Source: a virus. Taken from it: 64,000 bases of DNA. The stretch spans positions 8,041 through 72,040 of the IMG/VR virus record IMGVR_UViG_3300017917_002954; one strand, 5' to 3'. Below the pieces are notes generated by a model, which saw only the letters and a list, made by a program, of their open reading frames with translations, ran no database searches and was not told where the DNA came from. Made by a program: the position numbers and the translations under genes. This document shows positions 1-12,300 of this stretch, piece by piece; positions within the stretch are counted from its first letter, which is position 1, and each line of letters begins with the position of its first letter.

Positions 1-2
1 AC

Positions 3-3000
3 TTTCAAAGCTACGATTTTGAAACTTTACGCAAGAGTTTTGTAGACTACTTACGTCTTTATTATCCAGAAACATTCAATGACTACATTGAATCATCAGA
101 ATTCATTGCCATGCTTGATGTCATGGCATTTATGGGCCAGTCATTGGCCTTCCGTACAGATTTAAACACACGTGAAAATTATATTGACACAGCCGAACGT
201 AGAGATTCAGTTGTGCGTCTTGCCAATCTAGTAAGTTATACTCCAAAGCGTAATATTTGTGCCAGTGGTTATCTAAAAGTTTTCAGTGTACAAACCACAG
301 AAAACGTCACAGATTTCAACGGTATTGATCTTGCCAACGTCACAGTAAACTGGGCTGATCCCACAAACTTCAACTGGCAAGAGCAGTTTACAGCCATTAT
401 CAATGCTTCATTGGTCGACAGTCAACGTTTTGGTCGTCCAGCCAATAGAACAACAATTCTAGGGGTTGATACTTCCGAATATTCTATCAATTTGGTACCA
501 GGCTTCTTGCCAATAATTCCTTACAATGCCACAGTTGATGGTGTCAACATGCCTTTTGAAGCTGTTAATGCCAGCGCAGTGGGCAAGAGTTTTGTTTACG
601 AACCTAGTCCACAGCCCAACGGAATTTTCAATGTTTTGTATCGCAACGATCAGTTGGGATTTAACAGTGCCAACACAGGATATTTCTTCTTGTTCAAGCA
701 AGGCGTACTACAAAATCAAGATTTCAATTTAGCCGATCGTGTTTCAAACAGAACAGTGAACATCAACATTGAAGGTGTCAACAACGAAGACCGTTGGTTA
801 TATCAGTTGGACAATGTTGGATCAATTGCCAGCGAATGGCAGTTTGTGGAATCAGTTTATGCTGCCGCGGCAGAACAAACAGGACCAGATCTACGCAAAC
901 TATTTTCAGTGACTTCACGAACCAATGACCAGATCACACTGGCCTTTGGTGACGGTGTGTTCAGTGAAATTCCAGTGGGCCAGTTCCGTTGCTATGTTCG
1001 TGCATCAAACGGACTTGAATACATTATCAATCCTGAAGAAATGCAGAGCGTGATTCTACCAATCAGCTATGTGAGTCGCACAGGACAGTTAGAAACAATC
1101 ACATTCACTTGTGGTATCACAACTCCTGTGTCAAATGCTACACCACGTGAAAGCATTGACGAAATCAAGCAACGTGCTCCTGCTAGATATTACACACAGA
1201 ACCGCATGGTCAACGGCGAAGATTACAACAACTTCCCGTTCACAGCCTACAACTCAATTTTGAAGTCAAAGGCCTTGAACCGCAGTTCAATTGGAACCAG
1301 TCGTTATCTTGACTTGGTTGACAACACAGGCAAGTACAGTTCAACCAACACCTTCAGCAGTGACGGTGCCTTGTACGAAGAATTTAACTTGCCAAGTTTC
1401 ACTTACACATTCTTGACCAACAACGAAATATCAGACGTTATAACCAATCGTGTTCAACCTATTTTGGCTGACACACAGGTTCAACAATTTTATTATGAAA
1501 AATTCCCACGTGCAAGTTTATCAGTTCTAAACGTCAGCTGGAACTTGAGCACTTCGTTGGCCAATACAACCACTGGTTATTTCAAGAACCAACTTGGCGC
1601 TCCTGTGCCCGTTGGTCCATTTACCAGCGACAACAAACGCTATATTCAAATTGGATCTTTGGTTAAATTTGTACCGCCAGCGGGCTATTACTTTGATGCC
1701 AACAACAGATTAAAAGTGGGCACACCAACACGTGCTGATGAAAAATTGGTTATCTGGGCCAGCCCATTAGCAGTTGTGGTTGATGGCACCAGCCAAGGCA
1801 CAGGAAACTTGCCCGATGGCAGCGGTCCTGTGACTCTAAACAACTATGTGCCAACTGGAGCACTGGCATCGGAAGTTATTCCGGTGTTTGTCACAGATTT
1901 ACCATCACAATTTGAACAGTCCATGGCTGAACAAATTAGATTGAATAGAAACTTTGGTATTGGCTATGACAGCCTTGGTGGAGTCACTGGTACCCCTGGT
2001 ACTTGGTATTTGATCACCACTACAAATTTAGATGTTGATGCGGAATGGAGTCAAGCCAATGCAGGCAGCAATGCTGGTCTAGGCAACGACGCAAGTTGGT
2101 TGGTAGAATTTGTCACTGACGGCGACACCTACACAATCAGTTATCGAGCACTTGATTATTTCTTTGGATCGGTTCTACAAACAAGATTCTTTTACTACGG
2201 AGATCAAAAGATCTACGACAGCAGAACTGGTACAGTGATCAGTGACTTTGTAAAAGTTTTAAAAACAAACAGTCGTCCTGACAGTTCATTGCCACTGGCC
2301 GGCGATCTTGAATTAAAGATTGTGGGACAACCTGTGCAGAGTGATGGCTATGTTGACGATTTCCAAGTGTTGGTCAGTTTCCAAGACAGTGATGCTGACG
2401 GAGTTCCTGACAATCCAGATTTCTTTTCTGACATTGTGGCCCCAGGAATCAATTCCAGCCAAAAATTAGTATTCCTACAGAAAACTGTGGACTTTGACAA
2501 TCTAGAAAGATACTTGTTGGTTGAACCCGGCATTGTGAATTCTGAATATGCTACCCTGGATGACATTGAATTGGTCAAGGCCGAGTATGTTGATGGACAA
2601 ATATTCTACACATATTCAACTGGTTTGTTTTATACATTGGTCATTGATTTTGCCACAGGCGTTAGAAATCTAAATCCTAGAAATGATTTTATTGCCAGAA
2701 CTGGTCGTCAAAGTTTGTATTTCCAATACAGACACAATTCACCATTGACTTCTAGAATTGACCCAGGAACCACAAACATCATTGATTTGTATGTTGTGAC
2801 CAACGAATACTATGTTGCATATCAAAACTACATTAGAGATGTCACAGGCACTGTGCCAGAACCCTTGCCACCAACCATTGATCAACTCACAACTACCTAT
2901 GGTGGTTTACAAGACTACAAGATGATTTCTGATTCTGTGATTCTAAACAGTGTGAATTTCAAACCCTTGTTTGGAGAAAAAGCCGCAGAAGAATTGCGTG

Positions 3001-3347
3001 CCACTATCAAAGTCATCAAGGCAGCAAATTCAACTGCTAGTGTAAGTGAAATTAAAAATCTAGTGGTAGCCAATTTGAATAATTATTTTACACTTGACAA
3101 ATGGGACTTTGGTGATACTTTCTACTTCTCAGAATTGGCAGCATATTTGCACGCCGAGATGGGCGGAATCATCAGTTCCGTGGTGCTAGTACCATTGAAT
3201 CCTCAAAAATCCTTTGGCGACTTATATGAAATAAGATCAGAACCCAACCAAATATTTGTCAACGCAGCCAACGTCAACAATGTTGAAGTTATTGAAGCAT
3301 TGACCAGCACTAACATTAGAACAGCACCAGGAAGTGGAGTAATTTAA
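3..3347 (+). CDS. Baseplate wedge protein (T4 gp6-like), 5' truncated
   Basis: Frame is open from position 3 (FQSYDFETLRKSFVDYLRLYYPETFNDYIESSEFIAM...). It has gp6-like motifs (YTPKR, FGDGVF, ESIDEIKQRAPARYYTQNRMVNGEDY). Confidence 0.85.
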   Translation, partial: FQSYDFETLRKSFVDYLRLYYPETFNDYIESSEFIAMLDVMAFMGQSLAFRTDLNTRENYIDTAERRDSVVRLANLVSYTPKRNICASGYLKVFSVQTTENVTDFNGIDLANVTVNWADPTNFNWQEQFTAIINASLVDSQRFGRPANRTTILGVDTSEYSINLVPGFLPIIPYNATVDGVNMPFEAVNASAVGKSFVYEPSPQPNGIFNVLYRNDQLGFNSANTGYFFLFKQGVLQNQDFNLADRVSNRTVNINIEGVNNEDRWLYQLDNVGSIASEWQFVESVYAAAAEQTGPDLRKLFSVTSRTNDQITLAFGDGVFSEIPVGQFRCYVRASNGLEYIINPEEMQSVILPISYVSRTGQLETITFTCGITTPVSNATPRESIDEIKQRAPARYYTQNRMVNGEDYNNFPFTAYNSILKSKALNRSSIGTSRYLDLVDNTGKYSSTNTFSSDGALYEEFNLPSFTYTFLTNNEISDVITNRVQPILADTQVQQFYYEKFPRASLSVLNVSWNLSTSLANTTTGYFKNQLGAPVPVGPFTSDNKRYIQIGSLVKFVPPAGYYFDANNRLKVGTPTRADEKLVIWASPLAVVVDGTSQGTGNLPDGSGPVTLNNYVPTGALASEVIPVFVTDLPSQFEQSMAEQIRLNRNFGIGYDSLGGVTGTPGTWYLITTTNLDVDAEWSQANAGSNAGLGNDASWLVEFVTDGDTYTISYRALDYFFGSVLQTRFFYYGDQKIYDSRTGTVISDFVKVLKTNSRPDSSLPLAGDLELKIVGQPVQSDGYVDDFQVLVSFQDSDADGVPDNPDFFSDIVAPGINSSQKLVFLQKTVDFDNLERYLLVEPGIVNSEYATLDDIELVKAEYVDGQIFYTYSTGLFYTLVIDFATGVRNLNPRNDFIARTGRQSLYFQYRHNSPLTSRIDPGTTNIIDLYVVTNEYYVAYQNYIRDVTGTVPEPLPPTIDQLTTTYGGLQDYKMISDSVILNSVNFKPLFGEKAAEELRATIKVIKAANSTASVSEIKNLVVANLNNYFTLDKWDFGDTFYFSELAAYLHAEMGGIISSVVLVPLNPQKSFGDLYEIRSEPNQIFVNAANVNNVEVIEALTSTNIRTAPGSGVI

Positions 3348-3348
3348 T

Positions 3349-6300
3349 ATGGCAAGAGTACGTACAGTAGATTTTTTACCAGAGATTTTTCAAACATCAA
3401 CCAATCGTCAGTTTTTAAGTGCGACGCTGGATCAACTGGTACAAGAACCTGCCTACAAAAGAATACAAGGCTTTGTTGGTCGTAGAACCGGCCCTGGCGT
3501 CAATGCCAACGAAAGCTATGTTGCTGAAACTTCTGCTACTCGGGCCAACTATCAACTTGAGCCCGGCGTAGTTGTCAAAGAAGCAGACAACAACGGCAAA
3601 ATAAAAAATGCCATAACTTATCCTGGAATAACTGATGCCTTGTCTTTGCAAGGTGCCAATGTTGAACGTGCAGATCGTTTGTACACTAGTGACTACTACA
3701 CTTGGGATCCGTTTGTTGACTTTGATAAATTTGTAAACTTTGGTCAATACTATTGGTTGCCAGCTGGTCCAGAAAGTGTAAACGTATTTTCGGGCACAGT
3801 GCCATTGACTGACAATTTCACAGTCACTAGAGAAAATGGTGTGTACACATTCTCAGGAGTGGCCGGAGAGAATCCAGCTATAACTTTGGTACGTGGCGGA
3901 AACTATACTTTCCAAGTAGCACAGAATCAAAAAGAAACAGTCAATTATCGTGTGACCAATCAAGGCACCAGTGCGTACCTTATTGATTATCTGCCCAATC
4001 CAACGCTGACATTGGTGCGTGGAAATACCTATGTGTTTGATCTGGTACTCAAAGGCGATTTTCCTTTCTTTATCAAAACTGAACCATCACTGACCAAGAA
4101 CAATGTTTACAATGACGGTGTGACCAACAACGGTGCTAGCGAAGGTTTGATCACCTTTACTGTTCCCCAAGATGCACCTGACACACTGTACTATGCTAAC
4201 CCTGTACAGCCAAACATGCAAGGCGTGTTGAATATTATCGACGGTACACCTGGTACTGGTCCTGGTTTCTGGATTCAGACAGACCCAGGGGTCAATGGTC
4301 GTATTCCAAGTACACCAAACATCAGTTCACGTGATGTATTGGGGGTGATCAACAACGGCGAAGATCTTGGCACAGTGACTTTTAATGTACCATTGGCCAC
4401 AGCACAAAATTTTTATTACACACTAGAGAACGTTGCTCCGGTTGATTTAATCACAAATCTCAAGTTCAACCAAATCAACAATCAGTATGTTGAAGTGTTC
4501 TTGGCACAGTACGGCGGCATTGATGGCATAGCTGCGTTGGATGGCAAAACAGTTGTATTTTTAAACGAAACAGTTGATGCACAAGACGGCGGCTGGCAAC
4601 GTACCACACAGTTTGATCCTGTGTCTCCGGGTGCTGCCAATGCTGGTTTACCAGGTACCTATGATACCACACTGTTTGATCAAACCACAGACATTCTTCC
4701 AGAGCAGCGTTATACAGTCTGGCAAATTCGCTATGTGACCACCGACGACGGTTCACAGTATATCAACTTGGTCAGCGTGAGAAACGTTGAGCAATTACAA
4801 AAATTCAGTATCTTGTATGGTACTACCTATTCCAGCACTCAATGGTACAAGACCGCCGAAGGATATTTTGAACAGATTCCTTTGTTGACTGCTGTAAAAG
4901 ATGTACTGTATTATCAAGATGGCACAGACCCTGGCATTTTTGGTCGTTTCAAGTTGATCAATCAGGATCAAGCCAACACGTTGGATATCAGCGACATCCT
5001 GGGCAAAAAGACATATACCAGTCCCAATGGAGTGGTATTCACCAATGGATTAAAGGTACAATTTGTTGGACAAGTAAGTCCTGCCAGTTATCAAAATCAA
5101 GAATACTATGTTGAAGGCGTGGGTACAGCAATTAGACTGTTGCCAGTTTCAAACTATGTGACTCCTGAAACATATACCAAGAGTTCAACAGTGCCCTATG
5201 ACTCAACAGGCTATGACATTGGCAACTACGATGCCAGTTTGAATCAACCTTTGATTCCAGATTACATAACCATTAACAAGGCCAGTCCTGACTTAAATGC
5301 CTGGACACGTAGCAATCGTTGGACTCATATTGATGTAATCAATGCCACAGCTGAATACAACAACACTGTGGCTGTGATTGACAATGCATTCCGAGCCAAG
5401 CGTCCAATTCTAGAATTCCGTGCAGGTCTTCGACTATATGACTTTGGTACACAAGGAAAACAACCAGTTGACATTATTGATTTTCAAACAACTGATGCAC
5501 TCAGCAACATCAACGGCACAGTTGGTTATGGTGTTGACGGCTACAGTTTTATTTCTGGAACACGAGTAATATTTGCTGCGGACCAAGATCCGCAGGTCAG
5601 AAACAAGATATACACAGTGGAGTTTATTACTCCTGACAGTGTGAATCCATTGATTGCACAACCAATTATCAATTTGGTGCCTGCCAGCGATGCTGATGTA
5701 TCTATTGATCAAACAGTGGTTTGTTTAAGTGGTATAAATCAACAAGGAAAAAGTTTTTACTTTGACGGTGTGGCCTGGTTGCCAGCACAGTTAAAGACCG
5801 GAGTAAATCAAGCTCCGTTGTTTAACATCTACGATCAAACCGGCGTCAGCCTTGGCAATCGAGCAAAATATCCAAGTACATCTTTCCGCGGAAACAAGTT
5901 GTTCTCCTACAAACAAGGTGTTGGTCCTGTTGATCAAGTCTTGGGATTCCCTCTAAGTTATCTCAGTTTAGCCAACGTGGGTGACATTGTTTTTGAAAAC
6001 AATCTTTACACTGACACTTTTATCTATACCAAAGACAGTGTGAGTACCACAGAAAATGTCAGCGTGGGTGTGGTTAGAGAATATCTTGATCGAACTGTTT
6101 ACAGCGATCAGTTGGGTTGGAACCGAGCAATAACCAAGAGCATAACTCGTCAGCAGTTTAGATTCCAATATGATGGACAACCACTGATTCTAGACGTCAA
6201 AGCTCTCGTGGATTTGGAAATTCCTGGTGTACAAATATATGTTGGTTCTAAATTTGTAGAGCCAAACTCTTACACAGTTCAAACCACCAGCAACAGTACC

Positions 6301-9300
6301 ACAATAACATTGAACAATGTTTATGTGCCTGGCGACGTTATCGAAGTTGATGTAATCAGCGATCAAGCCAGCAAAATTGGTTTCTATCAAGTTCCAATCA
6401 ACTTGGAAAATAATCCACTGAATGAAAACAGTTCAACATTTACACTAGGAACAGTGCGTAGTCATTATGAAACCATTGGCGAAAATTTAAAAGACATCTC
6501 AGGTCCAATCAACGGTGCCAACAACACCAGAGATTTGGGCAACATTGGTCGCTACGGAACAAATATTCTACAACAAAGTGCACCGTTGACCATGGCTGGC
6601 TATTTCATGCGCAGTACAGACTACAACATTTTCAGCGCACTGGAATACAACAGCAGAGAATACGAAAAATTCAAAGCTCAATTGATGGACACTGTGGTTC
6701 GTAATGATTATACCAATTACACAATTCCAGACATGTTGACTGCAGCCATATCTGATATAACAACAGGTCGTACCAATGTCAATCCTTTCTACTGGACTGA
6801 CATGTTGCCAGCTAGTTCAGTTTACACTGAATTAAAAACAACCATTACTCCAATTTCAACCAATGAGTTTGATCTAACAACAACCTATGATTTCAACAGT
6901 TCAAACTATCAAAGCGTATTGGTATACGTCAATGATGTTTTGTTGACCTATGGTTATGACTACACTGTAGCCACAGATGCACCACGCTTGACAATCACAG
7001 TTCCATTGAGTGTGGGCGACGTGGTTAGAATACAAGAATACGATTTTACCTACGGTAGTTTTGTACCTAACACACCAACCAAGTTGGGATTGTATCCTGC
7101 ATTCAAACCCCAGATCTATCTTGACACCACTTATATAAATCCTACCTTGGTTATCCAAGGACACGATGGCAGCAAAACTATTGCGTTTGGAGACTTCCGC
7201 GATCAACTGTTGTTGGAATTTGAAACAAGAATTTTTAACAATTTAAAAATCAAATCTGACATTCCACTAAAAGTCACCGAAGTGATTCCTGGTCAATTCC
7301 GTACCACAGACTACACACTGTCTGAAATCAATGAAATCTTGTCTTTGGATTTCTTGAGCTGGGTAGGCTGGAACAAGTTGGATTACAAAAATCAAGCCTT
7401 TGATGCCAACAACGAATTCACATGGAATTACAGTGCATCTGGCAACAAACTGACCACTGTTGAGAACAATTCACTGACTGACAAACCATTGACCATTGGT
7501 GCTTGGAGAGGTATCTATAGATATTTCTATGACACAGATTATCCTGATACACGTCCTTGGGAAATGTTGGGATTCAGCCAAGAGCCAACCTGGTGGGAAG
7601 ATGTATACGGACCTGCACCATACACCAGCGACAACTTGGTGTTGTGGGACGATCTAGCTCAAGGCCGTGTGGCTGATCCTGCTGGAGAATATTTCCGTCC
7701 CGAATTTGCAAGACCAAGATTACAACAAGTTATTCCAACAGGAACCGAAGGACAATTAGTAAGTCCGTTTGACAGTGTTGTTGGATATTACGATTCAAGT
7801 CAGTTCCAAAAGTCATGGGTATTCGGCGATGGCGGCCCTGTTGAAGCCACTTGGTTCAAGAGTTCTAGCTATCCATTTGCTATCATGCGTTTGTTGGCCC
7901 TGACTCGCCCAGCAGAATTTTTCTCATTGTTTGCTGACAGAGATCTTTACAAATTTAATTCTGAATACAACCAGTATCTATACAACAATAGATACCGACT
8001 TGACGCCAGTGGCGTTGAAGTCTACGGCAATGGTATCAGCAAAGCCAGTTTCATTGACTGGATCATTGACTACAATCAACAACTGGGTAGAAACAGCTCA
8101 GAAAGATTGACTGAAGAACTAAAAAATCTTGATGTTCGTTTGTGCTACCGCATGGGAAGTTTCACAGACAAACAATATCTAAAGATTTACACAGAAAAAT
8201 CCAGTCCAAACAGTTTGAACTCTAGCTTGCTGTTGCCCGACGAGAGCTACAATTTGTTGGTGTACAAGAATCAACCGTTTGAGAGAATTGTTTATAGTTC
8301 AGTGATTGTTCAACGGGTAGATGACGGATACGCAGTCTACGGATACAGTATAACTCAACCATTCTTTAATATTTTGGCCAGCAGAACAGCCGGCACAAAA
8401 ACCACAATTGAAGCCGGTGGCTCCGTTGTCACGGTGCCTAATGAATATACCACCGACGTTGTTCAGGTTCCTTATGGATACGTTTTTGCCAACCGCACAG
8501 TGGTAGTTGACTTCTTGTTGAGCTACGGTGCTTTATTGGCCAGCCAAGGCTTGGTGTTTGACGATAGAGAAAACGGCCGTTCCTTGAACTGGAATCAAAT
8601 GGCCCAGGAATTTTTATACTGGTCAAATCAAGGTTGGGACACAGGCAGTGTAATCAACTTGAATCCCACAGCATACTCATTGACAGCAATTAATCCTCAA
8701 GCAATTGTTGATACCGTGATAGCACAAACTCCAGAAAATCTAATCTTAGATCAAAACAGAACTACATTGCCTGTGCGAGATCTAGTAGTAGATCGCTATG
8801 AAAATGTGTTTAAGATTTCTTCATTGAGCAATCAAACTATTTCATACTTGGATTTAAAATTTACCAGTTATGAAAGCATGGTGGTGCTAGACAATGTCAG
8901 TATCTTCAACGACTTGATCTATGATCCAGTGACTGGTGCTCGTCAAAATCGTATCAACGTATCAGCAGCTGTCAGTGCCGACTGGAATGGTCAACTTGAT
9001 GCCCAAGGCTTTATCCTCAACGACAACAACACTGTTCGAGAGTGGCAACCAAATCAAAAGTATGCCAAGGGCGAAATTGTACTTTACAAAAACAACTACT
9101 GGTCTGCACAAACCATTGTTCAACCCAGTGTTGAATTTAGATACAGTGACTGGGTAAAGAGTGACTACACCAAGATACAAAGAGGATTGTTGGAGAATAT
9201 ACCTAACAAAGCCGATCAGTTGGCCAACAGCTACAGCACTGACTCAGCAAATCTTGAAAGCGATCAAGATCTATTGAGCTATGGTTTGATTGGATTCCGT

Positions 9301-12300
9301 CCTCGCGAATACATGAGTGCTTTGAATCTCGATGATGTTAGTCAGGTCAACGTATACAAACAGTTTTTAAAGAACAAGGGAACCATACAAAGTATTCAGT
9401 TGTTGGGCAATGCCAATCTTGGCAAAGAAGTTGCAGAATATGATGTATTTGAAAACTGGGCTGTTCAACGAGCCACTTACGGTGCAAATGCTAATCGCAG
9501 TTTCTTTGAATTGCGATTAAACGAAGCATTGTTGCAGAGTGATCCGGCTGTGGTACAAATTGTTCAACCACAGCAGATCAGTGATGCTGATCAAAAAATA
9601 TTGTTGAGTGATATCTGGAGACAAAGCTATAAACTGCCAAACACAGATATTTTACCAACCACAAATACAACACCTACAGACACTGCACTGCCAAGTGCTG
9701 GCTATGTTAACATAGATGATGTTGATCTCACTGTGTTTTCTTTGACTGGAAATCTAGGTATTACTCCGGCTGTGCTTGACACAATTGGAACAGGAACAAC
9801 TATCTGGGCTGCAAAAAGCAACAGCTATGATTGGAATATCTACAGATGCAGCAACGTACCTGGATTTGTGCGCTCAGTGAGTTCAAATCTCAATACTACC
9901 AGTACTGTGACTTTCAGTGTGGCACACAACCTTTCAGTGGACAACATCATTGTTATTCGTTTGTTTGACCCTCGAGTAGATGGTGTTTATCGTGTGATTG
10001 GCGTGCCTGATCTTACCAGCGTTGTAATTGAATTATCGCTTGGCAATGCCAACGGCGGATCTATTGTTGGCAATGGTGTAGCATACTTCTTGCAGACCAT
10101 GCGAGTTGCACAGGCCAGCGATGCAGCCAACTTGCCTTACGTTAACGAGTTGACATCAGGTGCCAGAGTTTGGGTAGACAACGACGGCACTGGCCACTGG
10201 CAGGTTATTGAAAAACAACAACCGTTTACGGCCAACTATACAATCAACCCCTCTGCTCCAATTGTTAATTCTCAATACGGTGCAAGTGTAGCACAGGGTC
10301 AAAACAATATCATAGCATTGGTCGGCAGTCCTGGATACAACTCCACTGGTGCTGTTTACCCATATGTACGAAATGTTGACAATCAATATGCACAAAGTTC
10401 AATTTTAACTTTGAATTCTACTGCTGTTGTTGGTTTTGGAAATGCAGTTGACATTGGCAGTCAAAATTGGTGCGTGGCTGGAGCAAGTCAAAGTAATAGC
10501 AATCAAGGCTATGCCAGCATAATTTACCGAGCTGAAAACAGCAATGCGTTTGAACAATCACAGTTGTTGGTTTCACCTGATGCAGACTTTGGAACTGAAA
10601 GATTTGGTTCAGCAGTATCAATCAGCCAGGATGAAAGATGGCTGTATGTTGGCGCACCTGGCAAAAACAAAGTGCATGCCTATGGAAGAATTGACATACC
10701 AGAAGAATCAGTAAGATACACCACTGATGGATTGAATAGAATTTTCTCCTACAATCAGAACATTGAAATCAGCAGTGATCAACAGATCAATGTGGTTTTA
10801 AACAACAGACTGTTGACATACATTGTGGATTACACAGTCACTGGAGTCAGTGTGGTATTGACTGATGTACCTCCACCTGGACAGACCCTGATTATTTCTC
10901 GTAAAACTGGACAAAAACTTGATTCCGAGGTCTACTATAATGTTGTTCAAAACTCAACATCTGGCACTGGCACTGGCGCAAAATTCACAGTGGACAGAAC
11001 TCGAGGAACTTATTCAGTTTCGCTGACTGCTCCTGGTATCAACTACAGTGTTGGAAACACCTTGACTATCGATGCTGCAACCATTGGTGGAGGAACTAGT
11101 CCAGCCAACGACTTGGTCATAACAGTGACTGGTGTGACCAGCGGCGGAATCACATCATTTACCTATGCTGGTAGTGGAGTCAGCAACACTTCAACATTTG
11201 ATCTTGCTCCATATTTGTACTCTGCGACCAATATTTTCTCATTTACAGTCACAGTAGACGGGGTGTTGCAACGTCCATTTATTGACTACAGTTTTGCTGG
11301 AACCACGTTGACATTTATAAACAACCCAGCAGCTGGTGCAAGCATTTCTGTGTTTGCCAAGACCTATTTCAAGTATGTGGCCACACTTCAAGTTGCTGGA
11401 TTACCTAGCACTGCAAATTTTGGAGCCAGCATAGCTTCATCCACTGACGGACGTCAGATAGCAATTGGAGCTCCTAACAACACAGTCAACGGCAATACCA
11501 ATGCAGGATCAATATACGTCTTTGATCGCAGTGTGACCAGATACGTAGTTGACAATGTCAACCAATTGACCTATTCGATTCCTACTGCGGCTGTTAATCC
11601 AGTGGCAGTATTGGTCAATGGAACATTCTTGACTGACCAAGATGAATATCTCAACGGTCAATACAGTGTTGATCTGGGCAATCATACTATAACTTTAAAT
11701 TCCAGCGCGACATTGCAAGTTGGAGATATCATTGAAATTGAAAGCAACATCTTTAGATTGATACAACAGATCGATGCCAATGCACCATTTGGAGCAGCCA
11801 ACTTTGGTTCAGCTGTTGATATGTGTTCAAACAATTGCAGTGTTTATGTAGGAGCCCCCAACGATGGCACAGTAATGTCGGGTGCTGGCTCAGTGGAACG
11901 TCGAGTAAATCAAGCTAGAGTTTATGGAATTATTTCTTCCACAAATGTCAATCCTTCACTGACTGCCGGTAATACAATACGCATCAACAACACCGAAGTA
12001 GCAGTTCCAAATTCTCCTAACAACAATGTGGCTGGACTGGCTTCGGCCATTGTGGCAGCTGGAATACCAAACGTCACAGCCACAGTTTCAGACGGCAAAA
12101 TCACTATATCTGTGCTCAATGTTGAAGCAGCCAACGAATTCAATCGACTAACTGTATTACCTGGAGTATCTGGCACAGCATTTAGTGATCTTGGATTTGA
12201 TTCCTACGCATACACACAAACAATTACCAGCCCTAACCCAGTGGTATCAGCAGGGTTTGGTAGCGCAGTGTTTGTTGACAGCGAAGCTGACAACCTAGTG